Below, one piece after another: positions 52,981 through 64,000 of a DNA stretch of 64,000 nt. Origin of the DNA: Ruditapes philippinarum (lineage: Eukaryota); contig NW_026859087.1 in assembly GCF_026571515.1 (NCBI RefSeq), positions 62,001 through 126,000 of the forward strand. The letters are read 5' to 3'. Each line of letters opens with the position of its first letter. Position 1 is the first letter of the stretch. A program made the translations under genes and the position numbers. The notes under the pieces are model-generated. The model saw only the letters and a program-made list of their open reading frames with translations, was not told where the DNA came from and searched no databases.

Positions 52981-54494
52981 CTTCTCACTTCCCCTCGATG
53001 CGCGCACGTCGTTTAGAAGACACAGAGCATTGCCGGAAGATATGCGGCCGACGAGGACGGTGCGCCCCTTACACAGATAGACGGTCTATAAGGTAGGACT
53101 TTTGTGTCGCACCAAACAGTCCTTTTTGGAGCAACCACCTTTCATTTTTGTCACTGGTTACTGTACAATTAGGTTTGTGAATTGAGCAAACTTGCCAAGA
53201 TTCGTATCTTCCGTAGGGCATTTTGAAATAAATACCTATAAGGTTCGAAATGTTTTAAATTAATGTAAATTATAAGAATTATAATAAATCTTGTATTTCA
53301 TTAATGCTATTTATTAAAAGGGAGACAACCCTGGCATTATGTACATATTAACAGTAGTTACCTCCCATTACAAGTCAGTTTTGTTTGGAAAAGTTTTGTT
53401 TTCTAGATTTTGTTCAATTTCCATCATAAAATTTTAGTTTAAAACTTATAAACTGTCAATGCATGTTAACATTGTTTGTGAATATCATGTTTATGTTCAC
53501 GTCATATTCAAGTTTTTGCAATGCTTATATTTAAAGCAGAAATTCATTACTTTCTCTGGTTTTTGAAAAAATGTTTGACGGGAGTTTGTTTTTATCAAAT
53601 GCATAACTTAAATCAAATGATTGTGCAGCGCATAGCCACACTGAGGTAAACTGAGGCAATTGCCTCGGTTAATATTTGTAAGAGAATATATGCGCATATG
53701 GTATAAAAGTAAATAAAATATTAGGTAAAAAAATCGGTCTTGAAAATAAGAAATAAGAAAAGAAAATCCTCCAATATAAGATAAAGCAAAATAAAACAAA
53801 TAAGGCTTGTCTTTCCAAAGTGGATATTAACTGCATTTACGAATTAATCATCGCATCGTAGGCCTACCACATCCAAGTGCGACAAGTTGGCACCCAATAA
53901 AAGGGTAGTTCGTCGAATTTCGCCTATTCTTGTAAACACTCAAAATGGTTGACTTATCCCGCGACTTAAAACAGCCATATTTGAGTCAATATGAAACAGC
54001 TAGAGCTCATAATATGGGGAAAATATCAAACAGTAAAAGACCCAATGTCTCTCCAAGACGGTTTAAAAACATGTGAAGAATAGAGGATATTAAATGAGTG
54101 TTGATTCAATATGAATCTACTTGTATGGGAAGTAGAAAGTAGCAGTAGTAGCAGTAGAAAACGTGAAGGTAGCAGTAGCAAAATTATAAAACGTGAAATT
54201 GGCAGGACCAGTGGCACAGCAGTAGCAGTAGCAAAATTATAAAACATGTATTCATATAAATAAACGAAAGTGAGCAAAAAATCGTAATGTATGGTTTCCA
54301 TAGCTACCGTTGCTAACATATGATACATGACTGAACATTCAGTTTATTTACAAAATATGTGTGTTAATAAAATAAAGTTTAATTCAGTCTACTTAAAAGA
54401 TAAGGAAATAGCGACACTTTTCCGCGTAATAATCAACATCCGTCGTAGTAGTTATACAAATGAATATAATATTACATTATCCGGAATATCATAT

Positions 54495-54716
54495 GAGCCG
54501 CGTCACGACAAAACCAACATTGTGCGTTTGCGACCAGCATAGATCCAGACCAGCCTGCGCATTCGCGCAGTCTGATCAGGATCCATGATGTTCGCTTACA
54601 AACCCTATAACAAGTAGAGTAAGTGATAGCGAACAGCATGGATCGCGGATGCACAGCCTGGTCTGAATCCATCCTGGTCGCAAACCCATTATGTTGGTTT
54701 TGTCGTGACGCAGCTC
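54495..54716. mobile_element. Hairpin MITE, copy 1 (GAG...CTC ends, 4-bp TSD; Sola-like)
   Basis: ATAT|GAGCCGCGTCACGACAAAACCAAC...GTTGGTTTTGTCGTGACGCAGCTC|ATAT. Confidence 0.9.
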
Positions 54717-55237
54717 ATATGTGTCTTTTTCACTTGAGAAAAAAAACATGTCATTATGAAGTGTAAAGTATAAACATAATCGATGAATCAACAATCAAGT
54801 ACTTAAGACATATTATCACTTGACATATACACATTTGATTCACACACACGTTCATTGTAGGGGAAGAAACTCGTAAAACCATAAGTTAGTATTATGGTAT
54901 AAGTTATCTTTCATGTATTAGCTACCAAATATATTCAATAAAATATAATGCCAATGTTGACTATATAAACATTGGTATTTAATACAAAGAAACAGAACAG
55001 GACATTACTATGCGAAAAGGCTGATAAAGTTAAAATTGTTGTTGTATAAACACTTTTAGAACATTGTTGCCAAGGGTTACAAGGACGCTGATGTACATTT
55101 TATTGTCTTCCTGAATAATGTGAATGTACTAGAGGTAATATGATTTAGAATCTATAAATAAAAGATGATTTGTTAGCTGTCGCAAGATGAAAAGTTTGAT
55201 CACAAATCAATAAACCAATTGCTCAATCAGTCAGAAA

Positions 55238-55325
55238 ATGAATGAATGAATGAATGAATGAATGAATGAATGAATAAACGAACGAACTACTAAACGGACG
55301 GACTACGAACAAACGAACAAATGAA
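55238..55325. repeat. (GAAT)n and related tetranucleotide microsatellite
   Basis: Directly visible. Confidence 0.9.
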
Positions 55326-55913
55326 TATATGAAACACACTGCTGCCTGAACTATGCCCGCAACAACAATTTTGAAGCCTCTTTTTTCCCCAATTTATTAT
55401 TCATTTCATAACTCGCGAATAAAGATCTACAACCTAATTTGAACTACATTGTGGTTCCAATCCATATATCTAATCTTGAAATAGCGTTATTTTCAGTAAA
55501 TAAATCATGAAACATTATTCCTTAGCAGTTTATTTATACAATGATATCTATCAATACAGATACATACTAACGCTTTCGTGAATATGTATTAAGGCTATAT
55601 ACAATATTTGTAATTCCAATAAGCCTAAAGCACAGTTTAAATTTTTAAAAAGAGACAACTATTGTTCCGGATCTGACATGTATTTATACAAACAAACCAA
55701 CTGTAAACCATTCAAGAACAGTGTTCGGAATCCTTTTTACATTGTATCTATTACCCTGTTTTCATGAATAAAAAGCTTTATATATATATGCTTTGCGATA
55801 ATTATTCACACAGAAAAGAACCATAAAAGAATCAACAATTCTTTGAAATCGATACCAAATGAAACTTTCCGGATACGAAAGATGAAGATGAAGATAAGAT
55901 GAAGAAGTCATTG

Positions 55914-55940
55914 AACAACAACAGCAGCAGAAGCAGCAGC

Positions 55941-55972
<32 letters not shown>

Positions 55973-55976
55973 CAAT
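55914..55976. repeat. (CAG/CAA)n microsatellite
   Basis: Directly visible. Confidence 0.9.
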
Positions 55977-56499
55977 AAAACAGCATTTTTTCTTTCCCTT
56001 CACAAATATGATATTTAAATATATAAACAAGATTTTACGGAACGAAACACTCGATTCTCGTGCAGTGACAGTTGAGCAGTCGGCAAGTATCGCACATTCA
56101 TACACACATTATTTGACAGAGATTCCGTTTATTATGATAGAGCTATATAAAATAGCATCATAATAAAACATACATCTTATAATAAAATATACTATAGCAT
56201 TTACTCCATATATCATTAGTTAATTGATATACATGTACATATAAAATGCATTTGATATAGTAAGGAATATCATTTTTTTTAAAAAGGATCAATATAAGAC
56301 TATGTCTACTTTTCCAAGTCATTTTCTTGACTGTATGAGATGATTTATATTATATTTGTAAATTAATGTTATTCTGTATATACTTTGGATAAAATAAGTT
56401 TAAACGTATATCATTTTGATTTTTCTCCACGTTCCAGTTCAACTAAACCCCATTTGAAAATTTTTAAAATACCGGCGATTCAATATGATGCATGTTTTT

Positions 56500-57160
56500 T
56501 ACCGACATAAACTAGCATTAACACGTCATTACCGACATTTACTAGTATTGTTTTGTTATAAACGACATAAACTATCATTGTTATGTCATTACCTACATAA
56601 ACAAGCATAACCACGTCATTATCGACATAAACATGATAAACTAGCTTTACCACGTCATTACCAACATAAACAAGCATGACCACGTCATTACCGACATAAC
56701 CTAGCATTACCACGTCATTACCGACATAACCTAGCATTACCGCGTCATAACCAACATAAACTAGCATTACCACGTCACTACCGCCATGAACTAGCATTAC
56801 CACGTCATAACCGACATAAACTAGCATTACCATGTCATTACCGACATTAACAAACATAACCATGTCATTACCGACCTAATCTATCATATCCACGTAATTA
56901 CCGATAAACTAGCATTTTTATGTCATTACCGACATAAACTAGCATTGTTATGTTTTTACCGACATAAACTATCATTGTTATGTAATTACCGACATAAACT
57001 AGCATTACCATTACATTACCGACATAAACTAGCTTTACCACGTCATTACCGACATAAACTAGCATTACTATGTCATTATCGACATAAACTATCATAACCA
57101 CGTTATTACCGACAAACTAGCATTGTTACGTCATTACCGAATTGAAATAGCATTGTCATG
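56500..57160. repeat. 30-bp minisatellite (about 20 units)
   Basis: Unit CCGACATAAACTAGCATTACCACGTCATTA. Confidence 0.95.
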
Positions 57161-58066
57161 TCACTTAGTACATACCAGTTCATATCCGACCGAATAAATC
57201 AGTCACGAACATTAACCATCGTATTGTATGAAACATGTGTAAATGCACGTGAAATCTGTTATCTCATTACATAAAAAAGTATAATATATTATTTTACATG
57301 ACAACAGAGAACAGACATCTATCATGAAAGCTGTAGCAATCGTTAATAGGAAAAACAGATATAGACAGTTTACCATAAAGTTTATGAATTAATCATTTCA
57401 TCACGAAATCACTATTTTTATTTTTTAACATATTGATTAAATGAATTATAAATTTGATTATTTGATATAATGATCACTGGATGCGGTGTTATACATCCAT
57501 TCCTATACTACTACATTCCTTAACATTAATGCAAAGTTTGTAAAATGCCGCTTGTGATAATTCACAGCATGGTATGGTATATAGGACAAAGCAGATAAAA
57601 AAAATCAATCACATCTTATCGAAACTCAGAGAAGAATATTATAATTAATAGCCGAGGTGTTCCGACTGAAAAATATGCATGGATAGCTGTATATTGGTTT
57701 CCTTTTTCTTGTATTTTGTTATTTTTGTTCACTTTTGTTCTACATGTAGACATTGGCACCTGTACTCATGTTGGGTCATACCCAGTTACCACAAATATCA
57801 TGTAATATAATTGCTTACATCAAAAATATGTCGTTGTTATTATTATATGAAAATAATTATTTAATATCCTATTGGATGTCTTACATTTATATACACACAG
57901 ATGTATACATTAAATATTTAAGTACAACATCAACGTCTAACTTTCATCCTTACAATAACTCAGTCCTTCAACCAAAAGATGGCGTCCCTTAGAATTAATA
58001 TTGACATGAATTTTAGCCAATGAATTGAACACCAGAGCAATAAATCCGTTTAGGAAATGATAAACT

Positions 58067-58301
58067 GAGCCGCGTCACGACAAAACAAACGTAATGGGTC
58101 TGCGACCAGCATGGATCCAGACCAGCCTGCGCATCCGCGCAGTCTGATCAGGATCCATGCTGTTCGCTTACCAATCCTTTTACAAGTAGAGAATATGATA
58201 GCGAACAGCATGAATCCTGATCAGACTGTGCGGATGCGTAGGCTGGTCTGGATCCATGCTGGTCGCAGACCCACTGTGTTGGTTTTGTCGTGACGCGGCT
58301 A
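58067..58301. mobile_element. Hairpin MITE, copy 2
   Basis: Same ~100-bp inverted arms as 54495-54716. TSD not clean. Confidence 0.9.
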
Positions 58302-58727
58302 AGTTACATACATTAAAGAGTAACGATACTATGTATATTAACGGTTCTTTGTGGTCATTCAATGCATTACTGTTCATCTGATATATATTATGTTCCATTG
58401 TGACAAATGCAATATCAATCAAATTAATGATGATTCCGCCAACAAGTTCGGTTCTAAGGATTTAAATTAACAGACCTATCTTAAGTCTAATACAGTCCTG
58501 TAGTCACTTTAACATAATAGTTTCATTAACCATTCTCTGGTATTGGGTCATTCAAATGGCCGAATACAAGTCTATTTCATTACATTGTTTACGCACGTCT
58601 TCATTAAATTATTTTTGATAATAATATGAGAATTGAGAAACTTTAACTGACTGATCTTCAAATATAATCATCGTTATAACATCTATAGCAAATTAAAAAT
58701 GCTAAATAACATTAATCAACATCAAAT

Positions 58728-58962
58728 GAGCCGCGTCATGACAAAACCAACATAGTGGGTTTGCGACCAGCATGGATCCAGACCAGCCTGCGCATCCGCG
58801 CAGTCTGATCAGGATCCATGCTGTTCGCTATCAGTTTCTCTACTTGTTATAGGGTTTGTTAGCGAACAGCATTGATCCTGATCAAACTGCGCGGATGCGC
58901 AGGCTGGTCTGGATACATGCTGGTCGCAAACGCATTACGTTTGTTTTGTCGTGACGCGGCTC
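58728..58962. mobile_element. Hairpin MITE, copy 3
   Basis: AAAT|GAGCCGCG...CGCGGCTC|AAAT, a 4-bp TSD. Confidence 0.92.
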
Positions 58963-59569
58963 AAATCAAGAACGTAATATTATTGATGTTTGGGATTGTT
59001 GAATTTCAACAATGACTTGCTTTACTAGATGTCTACTGATTTTTTTTTTATTGAACAAAAAACGTGCTGAGTATATATCTGAAGCAATAAATAATTAATT
59101 TGGCGTAAGTTGTCATTGTTTAGACAAACTTTGCGCACTTTTGCGAAAACAATTAAGGACGACACTCGGGAATTTTATTCTCAGAGCGGGAACAATTCCA
59201 GTCGGTCTTGTTTGATACAATGCATGTTTGATCTCTTTTACTACAATTCTATTTGTAGAAGATGTTAAATGAAATATGAGTTTATTAACAAAGTTACGTC
59301 ACAAAACAAATATTGTAACTATTGAATCTTAATATATGGGTATATTTAACATTCTTGAAAAAATATAGCTTATTTGTATTTGATTATGTTTATTGACATT
59401 CTCCCAAATGCATGGCTATAGACTTTACATGTTTGGTAAGCCAGTTTGTAACTCAATGTCGACACGCTTAGATATATGAATTATTAACAACAGCAGAGTA
59501 AAATAATAAAGCATATCAGTCAAGTCTTTCAAATAGCATTCGACTTCGGTGCTGTGAGTGATTCCGAAA

Positions 59570-59902
59570 ATGGCAAAAAAGGATATAATTTCATATATTT
59601 TTACAATTCTGTTCTATGTGTCTGATTATTTACTTACAATATATGGAGAAAATGCTTTAGTACATTATAGGATAACGAGTCATCATACATGTTTATCTTC
59701 TGATACTACTTTATATATCATCAACGGAATCTCTGTCAAACAATGTGTGGAGGAATGTGCGATACTTCCAAAATGTTCAGCTGTCAACTACAAACGGCTT
59801 TATAAACTATGTGAACTGCACTCAATTCTGCACGAAACGCGCGTGGCTCGTTCCGGTGAATCTTGTTTATATATAAAAAGATCAGATATACATAATGAAG
59901 AG
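59570..59902 (+). CDS. Exon 1 of a PAN/Apple-Sushi-WSC protein (hydrophobic leader plus PAN domain)
   Basis: AAAATGG start, hydrophobic N-terminus, CVEECAILPKCSAVNY....LCEL PAN motif, and donor GAG|gtgaat in phase 0. Confidence 0.85.
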
Positions 59903-59994
59903 GTGAATGAAGTTAAGAATCATAATTTTTTTTGTTAATTAAATACCAATTATGGGAAGATTGCAATAAAAACCTAGTGAGTTAGTAAAGAACG

Positions 59995-60835
59995 GTGTGG
60001 TACCTGGCCGTGGTACCTGGTTGTTGTACCGGGCCGTGGTACCTGGTTGTGGTATCTGGTTGTGGGATCCTGGTTGTGGTACTTAGCTGTGGTACCTGGC
60101 CGTGTTACCTGGCCTTGGTATCTGGTTGTGGTACCTGCCCGTGGTACCTGCCCTTTGTACCTGGTTGGTTGTGGTACCTGCCCGTGGTACCTGGCCGTGG
60201 TCCCTGGTTGTGGTACATGACCGTGGTATCTGGTTGTGGTATCTGGCTTTGGTACCTTGTTGTGGTACATGGCCGTGGGTACCTGGCTGTAGTACCTGGT
60301 CTGATACCTGGCTGTAGTACCTGGTCGTGGTACCTGGCCGTGGTACTTGGGCGTGGTACCTGGTCGTGGAACCTGGCTGTGGAACCTGGCTGTGGTACAT
60401 GACCGTGCTATCTAGTTTTGGTACTTAGCCGTGGTACCTGTCCGAGGTACATGACCGTGGTACCTGGTTGTGGTACATGACCGTGGTACCTGGTTGTGGG
60501 ACTTGGCTGGTTCCTGGTTGTGGTATCTGGTTGTTGTACTTGATTGTGGCACCTGACTATGGTACCTGTTCGTGGTATCTGGCCTTGGTACTTGGCCGTG
60601 GTACATTACCGTGGTACCTGGCTATGGTACTTGGCCGTGGTACATTACTGTGGTACCTGGCTATGGTACTTGGCTGTGGTACATTAACATAGTACCTGGC
60701 TATGGCACTTGGCCGTGGTACATTACCGTGGTATCTGGCCTTGGTACCTGGCCGTGGTACATTACCTGGCTGTGGTACTTGACTGTGGTACTTGGCCGTG
60801 GTACCTGGCCGTTTTCCTGGCTGTGGTACTTGGTC
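59995..60835. repeat. Intronic ~13-bp variable minisatellite (GTGGTACCTGGCC)
   Basis: About 60 degenerate units. These explain the many overlapping repetitive ORFs here. Confidence 0.95.
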
Positions 60836-61087
60836 AGAGTGCAAGAACTAGACTGGTTCTACATTGTTGGCAAATGATAATCCCATTCGGTTTCCGTGTG
60901 AATTAGGCTTATTGCATCTCAGACATTAATTTTGAACAGTTTCCTTAACTGAGAATTGAAGTTCCATTATATTAAGTAAATTCTCATCATTTGTTATTTT
61001 TACTAAACTAGAATATTTTTACTAGATTAGAAACATTTAATTTGTAATAAGAACGAAACGTAAAGCTAATATTAGATACATTTGCAG

Positions 61088-61160
61088 TTGAAGTCCTCTA
61101 CTGACGTATGTCAAACTTGTGGGGATGGAAACTGTGGAACTAATCTTTGTGACTCAAAAT
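61088..61160 (+). CDS. Exon 2 (Cys-rich linker LKSSTDVCQTCGDGNCGTNLCDSK)
   Basis: tttgcag| ... |gtaagt; 73 bp, phase 0/1, compatible with the neighbouring exons. Confidence 0.8.
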
Positions 61161-61774
61161 GTAAGTTTAAATACAGCTAATATTTCCATAAGTATTAAAC
61201 TATTGTCATCGATATTTTTTACATATTGTGTAACCTCTTTATGATTCGTTGAAGGGAAATCAAAATATCATCTTTAAAGGTTCATTAAGCCTCATGAATA
61301 TTCAGTTTTATTATCTATTGTCCATTTAAAGTGCAGGCATGCGTTTCATAATATTGTATTGTAGTAATAGATTTAAAGCATGTAATATGGTTATCATGCG
61401 AAGAAGAATTGAAAATAGCGCTGAATGTGCTAATTTGTGATATAGAAAGCAAGGTGTAAATAAAGTGGCATTTTAACTTCCATTCAACATACCACTATAA
61501 CTGTACTAATTGCCAAAATGCAAAAAGAAGCAAATGATCAGTTTTATGACCAATAACTCTGTGAAAACTTAACAGGACAGCTTTAGTACAATAAAATTAT
61601 TTGTACCTTCGAGGTTTAATGGGTCTTATATGAATATTACACCGGCTGCAGGTACAGACAGGAATATCTAGCTCGATTTTCCGCTACAATGTTACCCGAG
61701 AGCCAGGTATTCCCATCTGTGACGACAGCCGGTGTCTGGTTCTTTTTCATGATATAACTTACATTTTCATGTAA

Positions 61775-61893
61775 CACTTTTTTCTTATAGCAGCGTATGA
61801 ATTTCCAACTTCATTCATAATCGTAACTTCATTCATAACCGTTACGGTTATGAATGAAGTTGGAAATTCATACGCTGATATAAGAAAAGGGTG
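61775..61893. repeat. Near-perfect intronic palindrome
   Basis: CAGCGTATGAATTTCCAACTTCATTCATAA...CCGT-T-ACGG-TTATGAATGAAGTTGGAAATTCATACGCTG. Confidence 0.9.
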
Positions 61894-62523
61894 CGGCATG
61901 AAAATATAAGTTCCCGTAATTTCTTTCCAAAAATGATTTATATTTAATATGCAAGAAAAGGAACCAACACCGTCTGTTGTCACAGATTGGAATGTCTTAC
62001 ATATAACCAAGTAGATGTATTGTCCAGTATTATAACGTAGCTGATTGCACTCAGTTCACTCGAACCCGAGGTTAAAAATTGAAGAAATTACTATCAATTC
62101 ATCAACAACCATGCAGACTATGATTGCAAAATTAAGAATCCCTATAGAACGCCCAAAATGACAAATGTAAAAATGTTGCGAGCTGTGTTTGATTGAGTCT
62201 TTTCATGTAAAACTTCGGTAATCATGTTCATAGATTTGCAATTTTTGTCTTCAAAATTTAGTAATTAAATAACAATCAGGGTTTAATACGCTGTGGTAAA
62301 AGATCTACAATCATGCTTATCTTGATATTTAAAAGATTTTTTTTAAACATTTCATTCTTGATGATATGTCCGTGTACTTTACGTCATATATGGTTTCAAC
62401 AAAATTCTAAATACATGTAATTATTTATCATGTACATAATGATTATTGTAAAAGTGTATGCTATTTAAATTATTGATATTGCTATGAAAACGTTTGCATG
62501 TCTTTATTTTTTGCTATTTTTAG

Positions 62524-62691
62524 TTTGCGCTGCTCTAGATATTAAGGATGGTGCTATTCAAGGCAATATGAAAGCAGTTGGTTCACGTGTAGAAATCACG
62601 TGTCACAAATATTTCAAGGAAGTGTCAGGAAAGACGCACTCGATCTGTCAGAATAATGGGTCATGGTCACACTATCCCAATTGCATTCCAA
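62524..62691 (+). CDS. Exon 3: Sushi/CCP domain
   Basis: tttttag| C....I..G......VGSRVEITC..YF.......SICQNNGSWSHYPNC |gtaac; 168 bp, phase 1/1. Confidence 0.88.
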
Positions 62692-63642
62692 GTAACTATT
62701 TTACATTTTTTATTTTATTTAAGAGACAAATGTTTGTACATGTATTCCTTTATCAGCTTCAACATACCGAATTCAGTTTCATTTATGGCACAATGGCATT
62801 ATATTTAATGGAGAATTGACTTTGCTGCTAAATATAAATTTTAATTTTGTGTTTTACCTCGCTTTAAAAGGATTATCGGGTGGTTATTTTTTTTTTCGTA
62901 AGTAAAATTTTTGAAAATACCATTTTGGGCATGAAATAAAATTGCGTTTTAATTCTGGTCGGAGCAAAACTTGACAATCATTATTAAGTACTGATTAGTT
63001 CCAGGGACGGGTTTGACTTGAGGTTTATAAGTTTTTATCTTCCAACACAATTTGAATTAAATAGTTTTGAGCCTGTCAAGCTGCACGTGTTCATATGCTA
63101 TTTTCGTACTGAACAAATGGTGGCACGTACTATTGCGTACGTGCGTGCGTGTGTGCGTTCGTGCATGCGTGTGTGCGTGTGTGTTTATTTATTTAATATT
63201 AAATATACATTTACTTCGAGTATGATGTGGATGTGATGAATTTGATGTGGATATTTTGGAATTAAATAAAAACGAGGCAAGATGGTGTTTACGGATTTAA
63301 GACTCGGGAAATAAAAACGAGGCTTAATTGAAAAAGAATGGATCCAATGATTATTTGTATTCAAAGATCACGTGACCCAATTGCTGGAAGTTCATTTTAG
63401 GTTACATTTTATAAAGTGTGAAATAAAAACAAAGAAATAAGTTAATCATATACATGTATTACATGGAGAACAAGGGAAATTAGTGCGAACGTGTGCGTCA
63501 GTATGTTGGCAATGCCAAGTATTTGTTCTTTTATCTTTTATCATATTTCTTTGAACTCTTGAATTAATACATTTTTTCTCAGTGTCCTCAACGTTATGAT
63601 GAAGGATCAATATATATTAATATAGATATATTTTGATTACAG

Positions 63643-63779
63643 ATTACGAATACATGGGTTGCTTTGAAGATCGAGAAGACCGGATTCTAGATGAACGCGA
63701 TATTAGGCCGCCATTATTGACAACAGACATGTGTGTCAGGATGTGTATTGAATATGATCATAAATATTCATTAACAGAG
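63643..63779 (+). CDS. Exon 4: N-terminal half of a WSC domain
   Basis: tacag| YEYMGCFEDREDRIL......LTTDMCVRMCIEYDHKYSLTE |gtaatt; phase 1/0. The gene continues past the window. Confidence 0.85.
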
Positions 63780-63924
63780 GTAATTTTTGAATATATATGA
63801 ACGGTTGTTTCCGTTATATTTAACGAAGGTGTGATATAATGTTTTCATAATTGACAGGTCAATAAGACCAGCTATAACTAAGTTTCTGTTATCTAAATAG
63901 TGTTTTGTATGGGAGTTATTGAAT

Positions 63925-63983
63925 AATGAATGAATGAATGAATGAATGAATGAATGAATGAATGAATGAATGAATGAATGAAT
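63925..63983. repeat. (GAAT)n microsatellite
   Basis: Directly visible. Confidence 0.95.
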
Positions 63984-64000
63984 AAATTAATTAATAAATA

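Noticed and set aside
55762-56105. Poly-Cys and poly-Ala ORFs
   Set aside because: Produced by the (CAG/CAA)n microsatellite.
56480-57101. ORFs with VMLVYVGND repeats, and a possible CRISPR-like array
   Set aside because: Head-to-tail 30-bp minisatellite with no unique spacers, in a eukaryotic context with no cas genes.
59974-60906. Many overlapping ORFs (WYLAVV / VPRPGTT repeats)
   Set aside because: They are translations of the intronic minisatellite and are open in several frames on both strands.

Overview
AT-rich eukaryotic genomic DNA with spliced genes and dense repeats. The repeat complement (pearl/HINE-like elements with ~150-160 bp internal tandem units and (TCCG)n tracts, tRNA-derived SINEs, hairpin MITEs) suggests a bivalve mollusc; this is inference. 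Two host genes can be built by hand. (1) A minus-strand gene with exons 18572-17997, 17597-17439, 13905-13321 and a probable micro-exon 7838-7808. It encodes a CXorf38/DUF4559-like domain with an intact HEPN-type RNKILH motif followed by amphipathic helical repeats. (2) A plus-strand, probably secreted protein starting at 59570 with PAN/Apple, Cys-rich, Sushi/CCP and WSC exons; it runs off the window. A decayed NACHT (NLR-like NTPase) exon lies at ~52.0-53.0 kb, which suggests a HEPN-NACHT immune-gene neighbourhood. The rest is transposon debris: DIRS/Ngaro, AcademX-like, Tc1, mariner, IS3EU-like, Harbinger, hAT, pogo/Tigger and Sola-like MITEs, CR1/L2 and Nimb/I LINEs, SINEs, and mini/microsatellites, with several nested insertions. 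One unusual pattern: three different ~145-157 bp hairpin cassettes all sit inside the (TCCG)n tract of HINE-like elements. All family assignments come from motif recognition by eye, not from database searches.
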